DNA of 64,000 nt from Candidatus Woesearchaeota archaeon (GCA_043803105.1 JAZDKJ010000005.1:75566-139565), one strand, 5' to 3'. Positions 30,397 to 40,209 are shown, numbered from the stretch's first letter. Notes: generated from the letters alone by a model not told the origin. Made by a program: numbers and translations.

Positions 30397-31022
30397 CTGC
30401 ACTTCTTCACAGTATATATCGAGCCAGAACGTGTATCCACAATGTGCTCGTTAGAATATTGGGTTGAATTCAAGGCTGGGAGAAGGAATTGCACTCTAAG
30501 CAGATAGACCTTGTTTCTCTGGAGCATGAAATCCGCCTGGCCAAGCTTGTCAGAGATGACAAAGTAAATGAAACCAGTACCAAGGTTATGGGAAATGTCA
30601 ACATCATTGTAATCCGAATCTGACTTGACCTGGACTGTCACGTTGCTTGCAATGGTGCCAAGCCTGAAGAAGATAACACCGCCGTTAACACCGTACACGC
30701 AGGCAGGGTTCACTGTAACACTCTGAATATAAGAACCATTCTCGTTCGTGAGAACTGGGGTTAGGTTTGTTGTGAGCACAGGGAAACACCGGTCAACATC
30801 CTCAACAACCATGCCATTGGGGCAGACATACTTTGTATAGGTATTGTTCTGCACAATAGTTATCTTAGGACAGGAATTGATGTCTTGGACGGGGCATTTC
30901 TCGCATACCGGACATTCTTTGCATGAAGTATTCTGAATCTGCTGCAGGGGACATGTAATGGGTGCAGCGCAACCAAGCAGCAAGAGAATAAAGACAGCAC
31001 CAGCAGCCAAAATCTTATACAT
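30393..31022 (-). CDS. Cys-rich putative lipoprotein
   Basis: LLLGC lipobox-like motif, CPxC repeats. Confidence 0.65.
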   Translation of the reverse strand: MYKILAAGAVFILLLLGCAAPITCPLQQIQNTSCKECPVCEKCPVQDINSCPKITIVQNNTYTKYVCPNGMVVEDVDRCFPVLTTNLTPVLTNENGSYIQSVTVNPACVYGVNGGVIFFRLGTIASNVTVQVKSDSDYNDVDISHNLGTGFIYFVISDKLGQADFMLQRNKVYLLRVQFLLPALNSTQYSNEHIVDTRSGSIYTVKKCS

Positions 31023-31163
31023 ATTAACTGCTGTGGGTTGACCGAATATATATATTTATTCCAAAAGAAGAATAAAATTTGACTTTAATATTCTTAAAAG
31101 AATAATATTGTCACAAAGATATTTAAAGGGACTGGAAAAGATGCAAGGCAAGGAGGGATAGAA

Positions 31164-32318
31164 ATGGGAAAATATTATTTTACATCTGAATCAGTAACAG
31201 AAGGGCACCCTGACAAGATATGCGACCAGATTTCTGACGCAGTGCTAGACGAACTCTTCAAGCAAGACCCTTATTCAAGGGTTGCGGTTGAGTGCCTTAC
31301 AACCACAGGAACAGTGCACGTGGCAGGAGAGGTGACAACAAAGGGCTATGCTGACGTGCAGAAGATTGCAAGGCAAACGCTTCACGACATTGGCTATTGC
31401 GACCCAAGGTTTGGCATAGACTGCGAGGACGCAGGGGTATGGGTCTCGATACATTCACAGAGCGCTGATATCTCCAAAGGCGTAACTGAGCAAGGAAGCC
31501 ACGAGCAGGGAGCAGGAGACCAGGGAATGATGTTCGGGTTTGCATGCAATGAGACAAAAGAGCTGATGCCTCTGCCGATAATGCTCGCGCATAAGCTTTG
31601 CATGAAGCTTTCGGAGGTCAGGAAAAAGTCCATAATAAAAGACATAGGGCCTGACGGGAAATCCCAAGTGACTGTGGAATACCAGGACGGAAAACCAAAG
31701 AGAATTGACGCTGTAGTGATAGCCCAACAGCACACTGAGGAATGCTCAGAAGAAAAACTCAGGGCTGAAATAATAGAGAAGGTGATAAAACCGGTCTGCG
31801 GCCAATACCTAGACAAAGACACAAAGTTGTTCATAAACGCCACGGGAAGGTTTGTCATCGGAGGTCCTGAAGGAGACACTGGCGTTACTGGTAGGAAGAT
31901 AATCGTTGACACATACGGAGGGATGGGAAGGCATGGCGGGGGCTGCTTCTCAGGAAAAGACCCTACAAAGGTGGACAGGTCAGCTGCTTACGCATGCAGG
32001 TATATAGCAAAAAACATAGTGGCAGCTGGACTCGCTGACAGATGTGAAGTACAGCTAGCTTATGCAATAGGCGTAGCAGAACCGATGAACATCTTTGTTG
32101 AGACTTTTGGCACAGGAAAAATACCTGAAGAGAAAATCTCAGAGCTTGTGCGAAAACACTTCCCAGTAAAACCAAAGGACATACTGGACCAGCTGAATCT
32201 ACGAAGGCCAATCTACAAGAAGACAGCAGCGTACGGGCACTTTGGAAGGGAAGATCCTGACTTTACCTGGGAGCGTGTTGATAAAGCCGAGATATTACGC
32301 AAAGAGGCTGGACTTTAA
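31164..32318 (+). CDS. metK: S-adenosylmethionine synthetase, bacterial type
   Basis: [44 protein letters not shown]. Confidence 0.98.
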   Translation: MGKYYFTSESVTEGHPDKICDQISDAVLDELFKQDPYSRVAVECLTTTGTVHVAGEVTTKGYADVQKIARQTLHDIGYCDPRFGIDCEDAGVWVSIHSQSADISKGVTEQGSHEQGAGDQGMMFGFACNETKELMPLPIMLAHKLCMKLSEVRKKSIIKDIGPDGKSQVTVEYQDGKPKRIDAVVIAQQHTEECSEEKLRAEIIEKVIKPVCGQYLDKDTKLFINATGRFVIGGPEGDTGVTGRKIIVDTYGGMGRHGGGCFSGKDPTKVDRSAAYACRYIAKNIVAAGLADRCEVQLAYAIGVAEPMNIFVETFGTGKIPEEKISELVRKHFPVKPKDILDQLNLRRPIYKKTAAYGHFGREDPDFTWERVDKAEILRKEAGL

Positions 32319-32435
32319 GAAAAGTTCCGTCTTGAAATTTATTTTTTTGTTTTATTTTTAATGAAAAGCAGGGCAGAATAGACGAGATTTCTATCGTAAC
32401 ATTTAGCAAAAGTGTGGCTACAAAAGTGCTACAAA
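32319..32435 (+). repeat. conserved post-tail leader (T-tract, GACGAGATTTCTATCGT, TGTGGCTACA-n3-GTGCTACA)
   Basis: Recurs at ~37410-37580, ~40681-40797 and partly at ~43560-43643. Confidence 0.75.
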
Positions 32436-32498
32436 ATTCATGATTTCTGCAAGACCTAATTGAAAACTTTATATATCAATGCCTGTTGATATGTTTAA

Positions 32499-32786
32499 AT
32501 GCCAGACAAAAATAGATTGCTGCTATTCAAAGCACTAGGCGAAGAAACGAAGTATAGGATTATTGAGCTTCTCCTAAAAAAAGGAGGATGCACTTGTGAG
32601 ACAGGAGAGTATTGCGCCTGTGAAATTCCTTCTATTATCAAGAGAACACAATCTAACACATCTATGCATCTTGCGAAGCTGCAAGAATGGGGGATAGTAA
32701 ACTCAAGAAGAGAAGGCAAGAAAATACTTTACTCAATTAAGGATAAGCGAGTATATGAAATTTTCAAGATATTGAATGACAAATAA
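32499..32786 (+). CDS. arsR: ArsR/SmtB regulator
   Basis: FKALGEETKYRI, CACEI, SNTSMHLAKL, RREGK. Confidence 0.9.
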   Translation: MPDKNRLLLFKALGEETKYRIIELLLKKGGCTCETGEYCACEIPSIIKRTQSNTSMHLAKLQEWGIVNSRREGKKILYSIKDKRVYEIFKILNDK

Positions 32787-32799
32787 ATAAGGGGGCAAA

Positions 32800-33543
32800 A
32801 TGAAACATGAGGATATAAAGAAAGCAGTGAGAAAAAGCTATTCAAAGATAGCCGATACAGGTTGCGGTTGCTCTTGCGGATGCAATAATATGGATAATGA
32901 GCAAATTGCCAAGAGTTTAGGTTACTCTGAGCAAGATATTAAGGCAGTGCCAGAAGCAAATCTTGGACTTGGTTGTGGTAATCCTACTGCTTTAGGGGAG
33001 ATAAAAGAAGGGATGGTAGTTCTTGATTTAGGCTCAGGGGCAGGGTTTGATTGCTTTCTTGCGGCAAAAAAAGTTGGAAAGAAGGGCAAAGTTATAGGTG
33101 TGGACATGACTGAAAAGATGATTAAGAAAGCAAGAGAAAATGCAAAAAAATATGGTCTTAACAATGTTGAATTCAGGTTAGGAGACATTGAGGAATTGCC
33201 CGTAGATGATAACTCCATTGATATTATCATCAGCAATTGCGTCATTAATCTCTCACCTGACAAAGCCAAAGTTTTTGGTGAAGCATTCAGAGTGTTACGG
33301 AAAGGCGGAAAACTACTTGTTTCAGATATGGTTTTATTGAAAGAACTTTCTGAAATGGATAAGAACGATGAAAAATTAATTACTAGGTGTGTTGGCGTGG
33401 CTATACTGAAGAATCAATATCTAAAACTGATTAAGGATGCTGGATTAAATGTCAAGATTCTCTCGGAAGATAAGGAGATAAGCGATAGGCAGTACAGTGG
33501 ATTGCCTGTTGAAAGCCTAAAATTAACCGCATATAAGAAATGA
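32800..33543 (+). CDS. arsM: arsenite methyltransferase
   Basis: [25 protein letters not shown]. Confidence 0.9.
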   Translation: MKHEDIKKAVRKSYSKIADTGCGCSCGCNNMDNEQIAKSLGYSEQDIKAVPEANLGLGCGNPTALGEIKEGMVVLDLGSGAGFDCFLAAKKVGKKGKVIGVDMTEKMIKKARENAKKYGLNNVEFRLGDIEELPVDDNSIDIIISNCVINLSPDKAKVFGEAFRVLRKGGKLLVSDMVLLKELSEMDKNDEKLITRCVGVAILKNQYLKLIKDAGLNVKILSEDKEISDRQYSGLPVESLKLTAYKK

Positions 33544-33554
33544 GGGATACGACC

Positions 33555-33785
33555 ATGAAAATTGAAATACTTGGAACAGGTTGTCCGAAGTGCAAGATGC
33601 TTGAAGCCAATGCAAAAAAGGCTGTTGAAGAATTGAGAATCAAGGCAGAGATTGTCAAAGTAACAGAAATAGACAAGATAGTAGACTATGGTGTTATGTC
33701 TACACCAGCACTGGTAGTTGATGGCAAAGTGAAGTCGTATGGCAAAATAGCTAATGTTGAAGAGATCAAGAAATTCTTAAGATGA
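33555..33785 (+). CDS. small thioredoxin-like redox protein (MTH895 type)
   Basis: ILGTGCPKC, YGVMSTPALVVDG. Confidence 0.9.
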   Translation: MKIEILGTGCPKCKMLEANAKKAVEELRIKAEIVKVTEIDKIVDYGVMSTPALVVDGKVKSYGKIANVEEIKKFLR

Positions 33786-33796
33786 GACAAAAATAA

Positions 33797-34864
33797 ATGA
33801 TAGTTACAGATTTATTCATAGCGGGCATAAAGGCAGTAATTGAGTATGTTGCAGCTCATGTTCTAACTTGCCTTGTCCCTGCCTTCTTTATTGCTGGAGC
33901 TATGTCAGCCCTGCTTCCAAAAGAAAAAATCACCCAATACCTTGGTCAAAAAGTTTCAAAGCTTAAGGCATACCCCCTGTCAGTTGTCGCAGGTTTGTTA
34001 CTGGCAGTCTGTTCCTGCACAATCTTACCCTTATTTGCAGGTATAAAGAAGAAAGGCGCAGGGATAGGTCCTGCTTTAGCATTCTTGTATACGGCTCCTG
34101 CTACAAATATAATGGCTATTCTCTTTACTGGAAGCGTTTTAGGATGGAACTTTGCTCTCGCCAGAATAATCTTATCTGTCACTTTTGCAATAGTTATCGG
34201 CATAATAATATCTACAATATTCAAGAAAGAAGATTTGGAGGAAGAGAAAAAGGCAACTCCTGCTCTTGTTAGCGCTAAGGTGCAGGATAGCAAAGATATG
34301 CCATTCTTCCAGAAGCACAGGCTAATATTCTTTTTCATTACACTTGTATCAATACTCATTGTAGGAACGAGAGTGAATGGGTATTTAAGGTACGTAATCA
34401 TAGCTGGCTTAATTGTTATTTTAACACTCTTGACCAAATTGCTTTTCTCAAAAGAAGAAACCAAATCATGGCTTTTTGAAACTTGGACATTCACAAAGAA
34501 GATTTTTCCACTTCTTTTAGGAGGCATCTTCTTAGCAGGTGTCTTAACAGCACTCCTACCTCAAAACTTCCTAGCTACCTTCATGGGCAAAAATACTCTG
34601 TTTGCCAATCTTATTGCCGTATTATTTGGCGTATTTATGTATTTCCCGACCTTGGTAGAAGTTCCAATGGCAAAAATGTTCTTAGGACTTGGCATGGCAA
34701 AAGGACCACTATTTGCCTATCTGCTTGCAGACCCAGTAATCTCACTTGCAAGCATTCTTGTGGTAAGAAAATTCATAGGGACCAAAAGAACCCTAGTTTA
34801 TGTGGGCTTAATCATAGTGTTCACAACAATCTCAGGATTGATATACGGAGCGATAGTAGGGTGA
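33797..34864 (+). CDS. ArsP-family permease
   Basis: HVLTCLVPAFFIAG, LAVCSCTILPLF, ars context. Confidence 0.85.
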   Translation: MIVTDLFIAGIKAVIEYVAAHVLTCLVPAFFIAGAMSALLPKEKITQYLGQKVSKLKAYPLSVVAGLLLAVCSCTILPLFAGIKKKGAGIGPALAFLYTAPATNIMAILFTGSVLGWNFALARIILSVTFAIVIGIIISTIFKKEDLEEEKKATPALVSAKVQDSKDMPFFQKHRLIFFFITLVSILIVGTRVNGYLRYVIIAGLIVILTLLTKLLFSKEETKSWLFETWTFTKKIFPLLLGGIFLAGVLTALLPQNFLATFMGKNTLFANLIAVLFGVFMYFPTLVEVPMAKMFLGLGMAKGPLFAYLLADPVISLASILVVRKFIGTKRTLVYVGLIIVFTTISGLIYGAIVG

Positions 34865-34875
34865 TAGGTGGAAAA

Positions 34876-35337
34876 ATGAAAGCAACGATAATAATCATGG
34901 CTCTAATAGCTCTATTTTTGCAGGGATGTGCTGACACAAACCAGAATTCTTCAATCACAGAAGATTTGTTAAGTAATCAGAGTGCCAAGGCATCAGTAGA
35001 AAAGATTGAAGTTTTCCATTTTCACGGAACGAACCAATGCTATTCATGCAAAACAGTAGGAGCATATGCAAATGAGACAGTATACACATATTATGCTGCC
35101 GAGATTCAGTCAGGCAAGATTGTGTTCAATTCCGTTAATTACGACCTGATAGATAATAAAGTAACAGCCATGAAATATGGCGTTAGTGGTTCATCACTGT
35201 GGATAGGAGTATATGACAGCCAAGGATTCCATCCTGAACAGAACACCAATGTATGGTATAAGATTAATGACAAGCAAGATTTTATGACTTACCTTAAAAG
35301 GATCATTGATAGAAGACTGGCAGGAGATTTTAGCTAG
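34876..35337 (+). CDS. ArsF-like thioredoxin-fold lipoprotein
   Basis: Lipobox LQGC; FHGTNQCYSC. Confidence 0.7.
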   Translation: MKATIIIMALIALFLQGCADTNQNSSITEDLLSNQSAKASVEKIEVFHFHGTNQCYSCKTVGAYANETVYTYYAAEIQSGKIVFNSVNYDLIDNKVTAMKYGVSGSSLWIGVYDSQGFHPEQNTNVWYKINDKQDFMTYLKRIIDRRLAGDFS

Positions 35338-35338
35338 A

Positions 35339-36049
35339 ATGGGATTGATGGCTTTTATGGAGGCTATGGGGAGCAGTAGTATACCACTGATTGCTGCTTT
35401 CTTTATCGGGTTGATGACCGCCATAGCTCCTTGCCCTCTAACCACAAATATCACAGCCATTGCCTACATCTCAAAGAAGATAGGAGATAGCAAACGAACT
35501 CTGCTAATTGGATTGATATACACTCTAGGAAGGGCACTTACTTATGTAGCTATTGCTTCAGTAATCGTTTGGTTAGGGTTAAATATTCAAGCAATTGCTC
35601 TCCCATTGCAGAAATACAGCAATATACTTCTTGGACCATTGCTTATAATAATCGGAATAGTCCTGCTTGAACTAGTAAAGCTTGATTTTATCAAAGGATT
35701 TTCTGGAATCAATAAACTTGAGGAACAGGTTTCTAAACAACGGTATTTTGGAAGCTTTCTCCTTGGAGTGATATTTGCTTTAGCATTCTGCCCATTCAGC
35801 GCTGTTCTGTTCTTTGGTATGCTTATCCCTCTCGCTTTAAAAGCAGGAGATGGGATAGTTATCCCATCGGTTTTTGCGTTAGCAACAGGCCTACCTGTGA
35901 TTATTTTTTCTTTCATCTTGGTGCACAGCGTAACAAAACTGGCAAAGGTGATGAACAAGGTTAGGATAGTTGACAGATGGGTAAGGAATGTTGCAGGGGT
36001 TGTTTTTATCGGAGCAGGAATTTACTACTCAGTGTCTGTTTTCTTGTGA
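35339..36049 (+). CDS. ArsG/DsbD-like membrane protein
   Basis: PCPLTTNITAI, LAFCPFSAVLFFGMLIP. Confidence 0.8.
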   Translation: MGLMAFMEAMGSSSIPLIAAFFIGLMTAIAPCPLTTNITAIAYISKKIGDSKRTLLIGLIYTLGRALTYVAIASVIVWLGLNIQAIALPLQKYSNILLGPLLIIIGIVLLELVKLDFIKGFSGINKLEEQVSKQRYFGSFLLGVIFALAFCPFSAVLFFGMLIPLALKAGDGIVIPSVFALATGLPVIIFSFILVHSVTKLAKVMNKVRIVDRWVRNVAGVVFIGAGIYYSVSVFL

Positions 36050-36050
36050 A

Positions 36051-36085
36051 AAAACTCCGCTCTTCCCGATATATGCCCCGAAAAG
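36051..36085 (+). repeat. core site type A, copy 1
   Basis: AAAACTCCGCTCTTCCCGATATATGCCCCGAAAAG, immediately after the ars operon stop codon. Confidence 0.85.
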
Positions 36086-36124
36086 TATTTATATTCCTTT
36101 TCGTCTATGTTTCTCGACGAGAAG

Positions 36125-36200
36125 AAACTCGACTCATCCCGACTTTGCCTGGGAGAAGATTGACAAAGCAGAAGTGCTGAGAAAAGAAGCAGGACTTTAG
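36125..36200 (+). repeat. metK 3'-tail copy B1
   Basis: AAACTCGACT followed by HPDFAWEKIDKAEVLRKEAGL*. Confidence 0.95.
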
Positions 36201-36295
36201 TCATTTATTATGACGTGAAGGTTATTTTTTTATTTTCTTCTTTCGGTTTATAGAAGTGATTTCTCTTTTAATTATGTGTAAACCCTCCTTTAAAA

Positions 36296-37108
36296 TCAAA
36301 CCATTTCTTCCTTGCACGCAACTAAGTAACTTCTTACCAAATCCAAATCAAGGCAGTCATCTGTTCTAACTCCGCTTTCAACATCGATACTTACCCTATT
36401 TGGAAAAAACGGTAATAAGGACCTAATTAATGGTCTGACATTGGATGGTTTTATCCCTCCAGCATAAACCAATCCTAAGTGGTTTAAACCACTATTTGCA
36501 ATAATACTCTTTCCGAATTTTACTGCCAAACAGCCCTCATCAAGATTCAGGTCTAAATTAGTCCCGTGGCTAGGGTCAAACATTGCATAATCAATAACAC
36601 CTCTTCTATCAATAACTTGGCCAACTAACGGTTCTACTTGTCCAGTTGATACGTCTTCAACTTTATCTCCTTTCCAAACCGCATATCCTTCTTGAGGAGA
36701 CTGTTTGTTTGATACTGCCACTTTGAAAATCACTGTGAAACCCATTTCCTTAATCTTGCTCAGAACATCTAGTGATGCAGGCAATGTGTTAAGCTGGAGT
36801 AATGTAACTGAAGGAGTTACTCCTAACCTAACAATCGTTTCCAAATCTCCAATTATCGTTTCATTATTTTTTGTATAATAATGCACCGCAGTAATGAATC
36901 CATAACCTCTTGTTAGTCTGTCTAGATACCCTAAATCTGCAAACTTTGGCTGTCTTGTGTTTTGGCTCCCTTGGTTTATGCTCTTATTAGAGACTTGGTA
37001 ACCAATAGCCAACGGAAGCGTAAAATCTACCTCATGGCAAATTCCAGCTATTCCGCCGAGCTGATCGCTGTTAGAAATAGCACTTACTGAGATATAATTT
37101 ACTGGCAT
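36296..37108 (-). CDS. TrpF/PRAI-like TIM-barrel protein
   Basis: LLQLN, FDPSHG, YAGGIKPSNV, IDVESGVR. Confidence 0.65.
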   Translation of the reverse strand: MPVNYISVSAISNSDQLGGIAGICHEVDFTLPLAIGYQVSNKSINQGSQNTRQPKFADLGYLDRLTRGYGFITAVHYYTKNNETIIGDLETIVRLGVTPSVTLLQLNTLPASLDVLSKIKEMGFTVIFKVAVSNKQSPQEGYAVWKGDKVEDVSTGQVEPLVGQVIDRRGVIDYAMFDPSHGTNLDLNLDEGCLAVKFGKSIIANSGLNHLGLVYAGGIKPSNVRPLIRSLLPFFPNRVSIDVESGVRTDDCLDLDLVRSYLVACKEEMV

Positions 37109-37258
37109 AAAACAATGAATATTCTATCCCTTTTAAACGTTTATATTGCAGAGAGATACTTAGCTATTCCTAATGCATATCAAATGGTTTTACCGAATTT
37201 ATGGAAAGTACTCTTTGTAAAAGGTCAGTATCAGCAGATTTAAAATCTTATATGTCAC

Positions 37259-37291
37259 AATCTCAGCTCATCCTGACCAATGCCACAAAAG
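37259..37291 (+). repeat. core site type A, copy 2
   Basis: AATCTCAGCTCATCCTGACCAATGCCACAAAAG. Confidence 0.75.
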
Positions 37292-37334
37292 GTATTTATA
37301 CTTCTGGTTCGTCTACATTTATAGACGGAAAGAG

Positions 37335-37409
37335 AAATCCGCCCACTCTCCCGTTACCTGGGAGAAGACTGACAAAGCAGAAGTGCTGAGAAAGGAAGCA
37401 GGCTTATAG
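37335..37409 (+). repeat. metK 3'-tail copy B2
   Basis: ...TWEKTDKAEVLRKEAGL*. Confidence 0.93.
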
Positions 37410-37480
37410 AAAAATATCAGGACGACAATGACATTTTTTTATTATTTTTTTTTGTTGAAAAGTCGGGATTATAGTCGAGA

Positions 37481-37532
37481 TGCTCAGAAATTATAAATTT
37501 CTGGCACGCTAAAAATCATAGATTTTTGAGCG
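37481..37532. mobile_element. 52-bp double-hairpin insertion (REP/MITE-like)
   Basis: Interrupts GAGA|TTTCTATCGT, which is contiguous in the leader at 32384-32397; inverted ends GCTCA...TGAGC. Confidence 0.65.
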
Positions 37533-37700
37533 TTTCTATCGTACTAAAAAGCAAGAATGTGGCTACATTGGTGCTACAATACATAAGAAAAAAGACCACT
37601 CTTTGCATTAATGATCAAAATATTGTTTATTGATCAATATATTGCTTCAAGCTGGCCATCACTCAGAAAATCTTATAAATATGCTGAATATAAAACCTAT

Positions 37701-38531
37701 ATGAAGATTATACTACTCGGAACAGCAGGGGTGGTACCTATTCCTAGATTGGGATGCTCTTGCGAGATATGCCTTGAAGCCCGAAAAAAGGGCATTCCTT
37801 ATAGTAGGACAGGTACATCGCTATTTGTAGAAGACATCGATTTGCTTTTTGACACCCCTGAGGAGATTAGGGCCTAACTTGAAAGAGAAAAGATTAATTC
37901 CTTAAAGCATGTAATCCTAACACATTGGCATCCTGATCACACCTTAGGGTTGAGGATTCTAGAACAATACAATTTTGATTTTGTCAACAAGGTTTCTTTA
38001 CATGAACCTGTCATGGTATATATTTCACGAGACCAATTTGACATGTTCAAAAAACTCTCTTGCGGAGGTTTTCTTGATTTCTATGAGAAGAAAGGTATTA
38101 TCAAGCTTGTTTTCATTGAACCGAACAAGAAAATTACAATTGGCAAAATTTCGATAGAACCAATATTGATAGAATTCACGAAGGGATTTTACTTTGTAAT
38201 ATCTGAAGGCAAAAAAAAGGTAGTCTATGCGCCTTGCGAATATCACCATTTAGAAGTAGATGTCACAACACGAAATGTTGATGTCTTCATAGCGCATAAT
38301 CTTTTTTGGGAGGATAGGTCAATCAGTCCGCGAAAGGTGCCTCCCTCGGATGAAGATAGTTTTGAGCAAATGCTCAATCATGCAAAAGAGATGAATGCCA
38401 GGAGAATTGTAATTACACACATAGAAGAAACTTTCAAGCTAAATCACGATGAACTCAATGCAGTATTAAGAAAGAAATTTCCTGGGTACAATGTTGAAGC
38501 AGGTTATGATAGCATGAAAATAATTTTATGA
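37701..38531 (+). pseudogene. PhnP-like MBL hydrolase with in-frame TAA at 37875-37877
   Basis: LLGTAG..P..GCSCEIC; reading continues in the same frame LERE...THWHPDH...THIEE. Confidence 0.85.
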
Positions 38532-38559
38532 AGTTGCTTGATTAAGAAGACAAAAATTA

Positions 38560-38910
38560 TTACGGGCTGTATCTTGTCCTGTCCCTTGGGAAAAGGCTCG
38601 CCTGCCTGACATTCTCTAAACCAAGAAATTTGGCAGTCAACCGTTCCCCTCCTATACCAAAACCACCATGAGGGGGCATACCATATTTGAAAGCTGCAAG
38701 ATAGCCTTCAAACTCATCTAGATTCATGTTATTTTTCTTCATGGCAGCTATTAGCATGTCGTAATCGTGAATCCTCTGCCCGCTTGTGGTTACTTCGAGA
38801 CCGTTCATAATAAGGTCAAACGAATTTGTGAGACCATCGTTCTTACCTGAAGGCATCGTATAAAAAGGTCTGGCTTCCGATGGATATTCGGTAAGAAAAA
38901 CAAAGGGCAA
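38560..38910 (-). pseudogene. C-terminal fragment of Asp/Asn-tRNA ligase
   Basis: RPFYTMP, SFDL, GQRIH, YGMPPHGGFGIGGERL, FPRD; N-terminal three quarters absent. Confidence 0.85.
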
Positions 38911-39012
38911 ATTCGAGTCTTGTTATATGAAACTGAGTTATCTCACAGGAAGATGGCTGCTGAAATTAGCATATACTTGCTTGAGAATTTTGGATTAATG
39001 ATTTCGAATTGA
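38892..39012 (+). pseudogene. 3' remnant of a paralog of ORF 40833-41549
   Basis: QIRVLLYETELSHRKMAAEISIYLLENFGLMISN* vs QIRVLLEETKLAHRKMAAEINTYLLESFGLNISS*. Confidence 0.85.
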
Positions 39013-39064
39013 AAGTATCTTTTGCAAGGCAATTTAATAACGAAATGCCCCAAAAACTTTTTAT

Positions 39065-39400
39065 CTAGAATATCTTGACAAGCTCTTCTTTAACTTTTTT
39101 GAATGTGTTCTCCTTCAGAGACCCAATCTTCATGATTATTAGTGATTTTTCTACACAAAATATCTTGTCAACCCTGATTCTACTCTCTGTAACAAGTTTT
39201 CCAGCAGACATATCCTGTTGGCTTATCAGAACTGAATATGGCTCATCTTTTATCACTGAGGTCAATGGCACCATTATGCAATCTGCAGACTTCTTGTTCA
39301 ACAGGTCATTTGAGACGACAAGCGCAGGCCTTACCTTATTTTGCTTCAAATCGGAAAAAGGATAAGGCAACAATACTATGTCTCTTTGCGAGACAATCAT
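39065..39400 (-). CDS. mazF: MazF/PemK toxin
   Basis: DIVLLPYPFSD..KVRPALVVSN, PLTS. Confidence 0.9.
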   Translation of the reverse strand: MIVSQRDIVLLPYPFSDLKQNKVRPALVVSNDLLNKKSADCIMVPLTSVIKDEPYSVLISQQDMSAGKLVTESRIRVDKIFCVEKSLIIMKIGSLKENTFKKVKEELVKIF

Positions 39401-39654
39401 TTCAGGTACGACCCCCAGATGTCATCAGATTTATTGTCCCAAACTTTCTTTAAGGATTTCTCGCTGAATTTCAAAATATCCTTGAATTCATCCTTTAGCT
39501 TTTTTTCAGTGTCCTTGGATTTCTCCAACACTATTTTCCCATCTACCTGAAGCATAACAAGGTCATCCCCCTTCTCAATCCCAAGACTTTCTCTTACGGA
39601 TTGCGGGATGGCTATTTGCCCCTTGTCAGACACTTTTACAGTTGCAATGCTCAT
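39397..39654 (-). CDS. AbrB/MazE antitoxin
   Basis: VSDKGQIAIPQSVRESLGIEKGD; promoter palindrome AGTAAGAATTTTCTTACT at 39673-39690. Confidence 0.9.
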   Translation of the reverse strand: MSIATVKVSDKGQIAIPQSVRESLGIEKGDDLVMLQVDGKIVLEKSKDTEKKLKDEFKDILKFSEKSLKKVWDNKSDDIWGSYLK

Positions 39655-39714
39655 TTTGTCACCACTTTATGCAGTAAGAATTTTCTTACTTATAAAGATT
39701 GCGTTTATTTCAAC

Positions 39715-39748
39715 AAAACTCCGCCCTTCCAGATAAATGCCCCAAAAG
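39715..39748 (+). repeat. core site type A, copy 3
   Basis: AAAACTCCGCCCTTCCAGATAAATGCCCCAAAAG; a partial AAATGCCCCAAAA lies at ~39043 on the other side of mazEF. Confidence 0.85.
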
Positions 39749-39799
39749 CAGATGGCCTACAAGATATATAGCATAATATAATCAATTCTTGTTTTAGGT

Positions 39800-40108
39800 T
39801 TATATCATCAATAGAAGTGGAATGATTGAGTTATTCCCTTTTTCTGTGATAATCTCACTTATCTTATCGTATCGCTCGAGGTTAAGGTAATATTTCCAGC
39901 CATGCTGTTTTTTCTTTTTACAACATATGTTCTGCTTCAACAGGGCATCAAGAACAATCTCAACTTTATCAACGTCTTCTTTTGGGATTCCAGATTTCAG
40001 GACATGAATATATGCAGAACCTTTTCCAAAACAGTTTGAGTCAAATAACTTCTTAACAATTGTCCTGCTAATTTTTATATATTCGCTCCTCTTTATCTTT
40101 GCCATCAA
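39800..40108 (-). CDS. hypothetical basic protein (wHTH-like)
   Basis: ORF; helix-rich, ending KKKQHGWKYYLN. Confidence 0.55.
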   Translation of the reverse strand: MMAKIKRSEYIKISRTIVKKLFDSNCFGKGSAYIHVLKSGIPKEDVDKVEIVLDALLKQNICCKKKKQHGWKYYLNLERYDKISEIITEKGNNSIIPLLLMI

Positions 40109-40209
40109 GTGAAATAACGCTTATCTTGTATATAATTAGATGGTCTAAATTTAGCCCCTTGTAGGCCTAAAAGAAAGCTTTAAATACATGTTTATCTTTC
40201 AAGATTCCA

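Noticed and set aside
35977-36200. ORFs 35977-36180, 35988-36200 and 37201-37389 as genes
   Set aside because: They are read-throughs of site A, the spacer and the metK tail repeat, not independent genes.
37875-37877. Stop-codon reassignment or Sec/Pyl recoding
   Set aside because: The codon is TAA, which terminates many clear genes here (e.g. metK, uvrB).
38560-38910. Functional aspartyl-tRNA synthetase
   Set aside because: Only the C-terminal ~116 aa are present, with no anticodon domain or motifs 1-2, and it is fused to unrelated debris.
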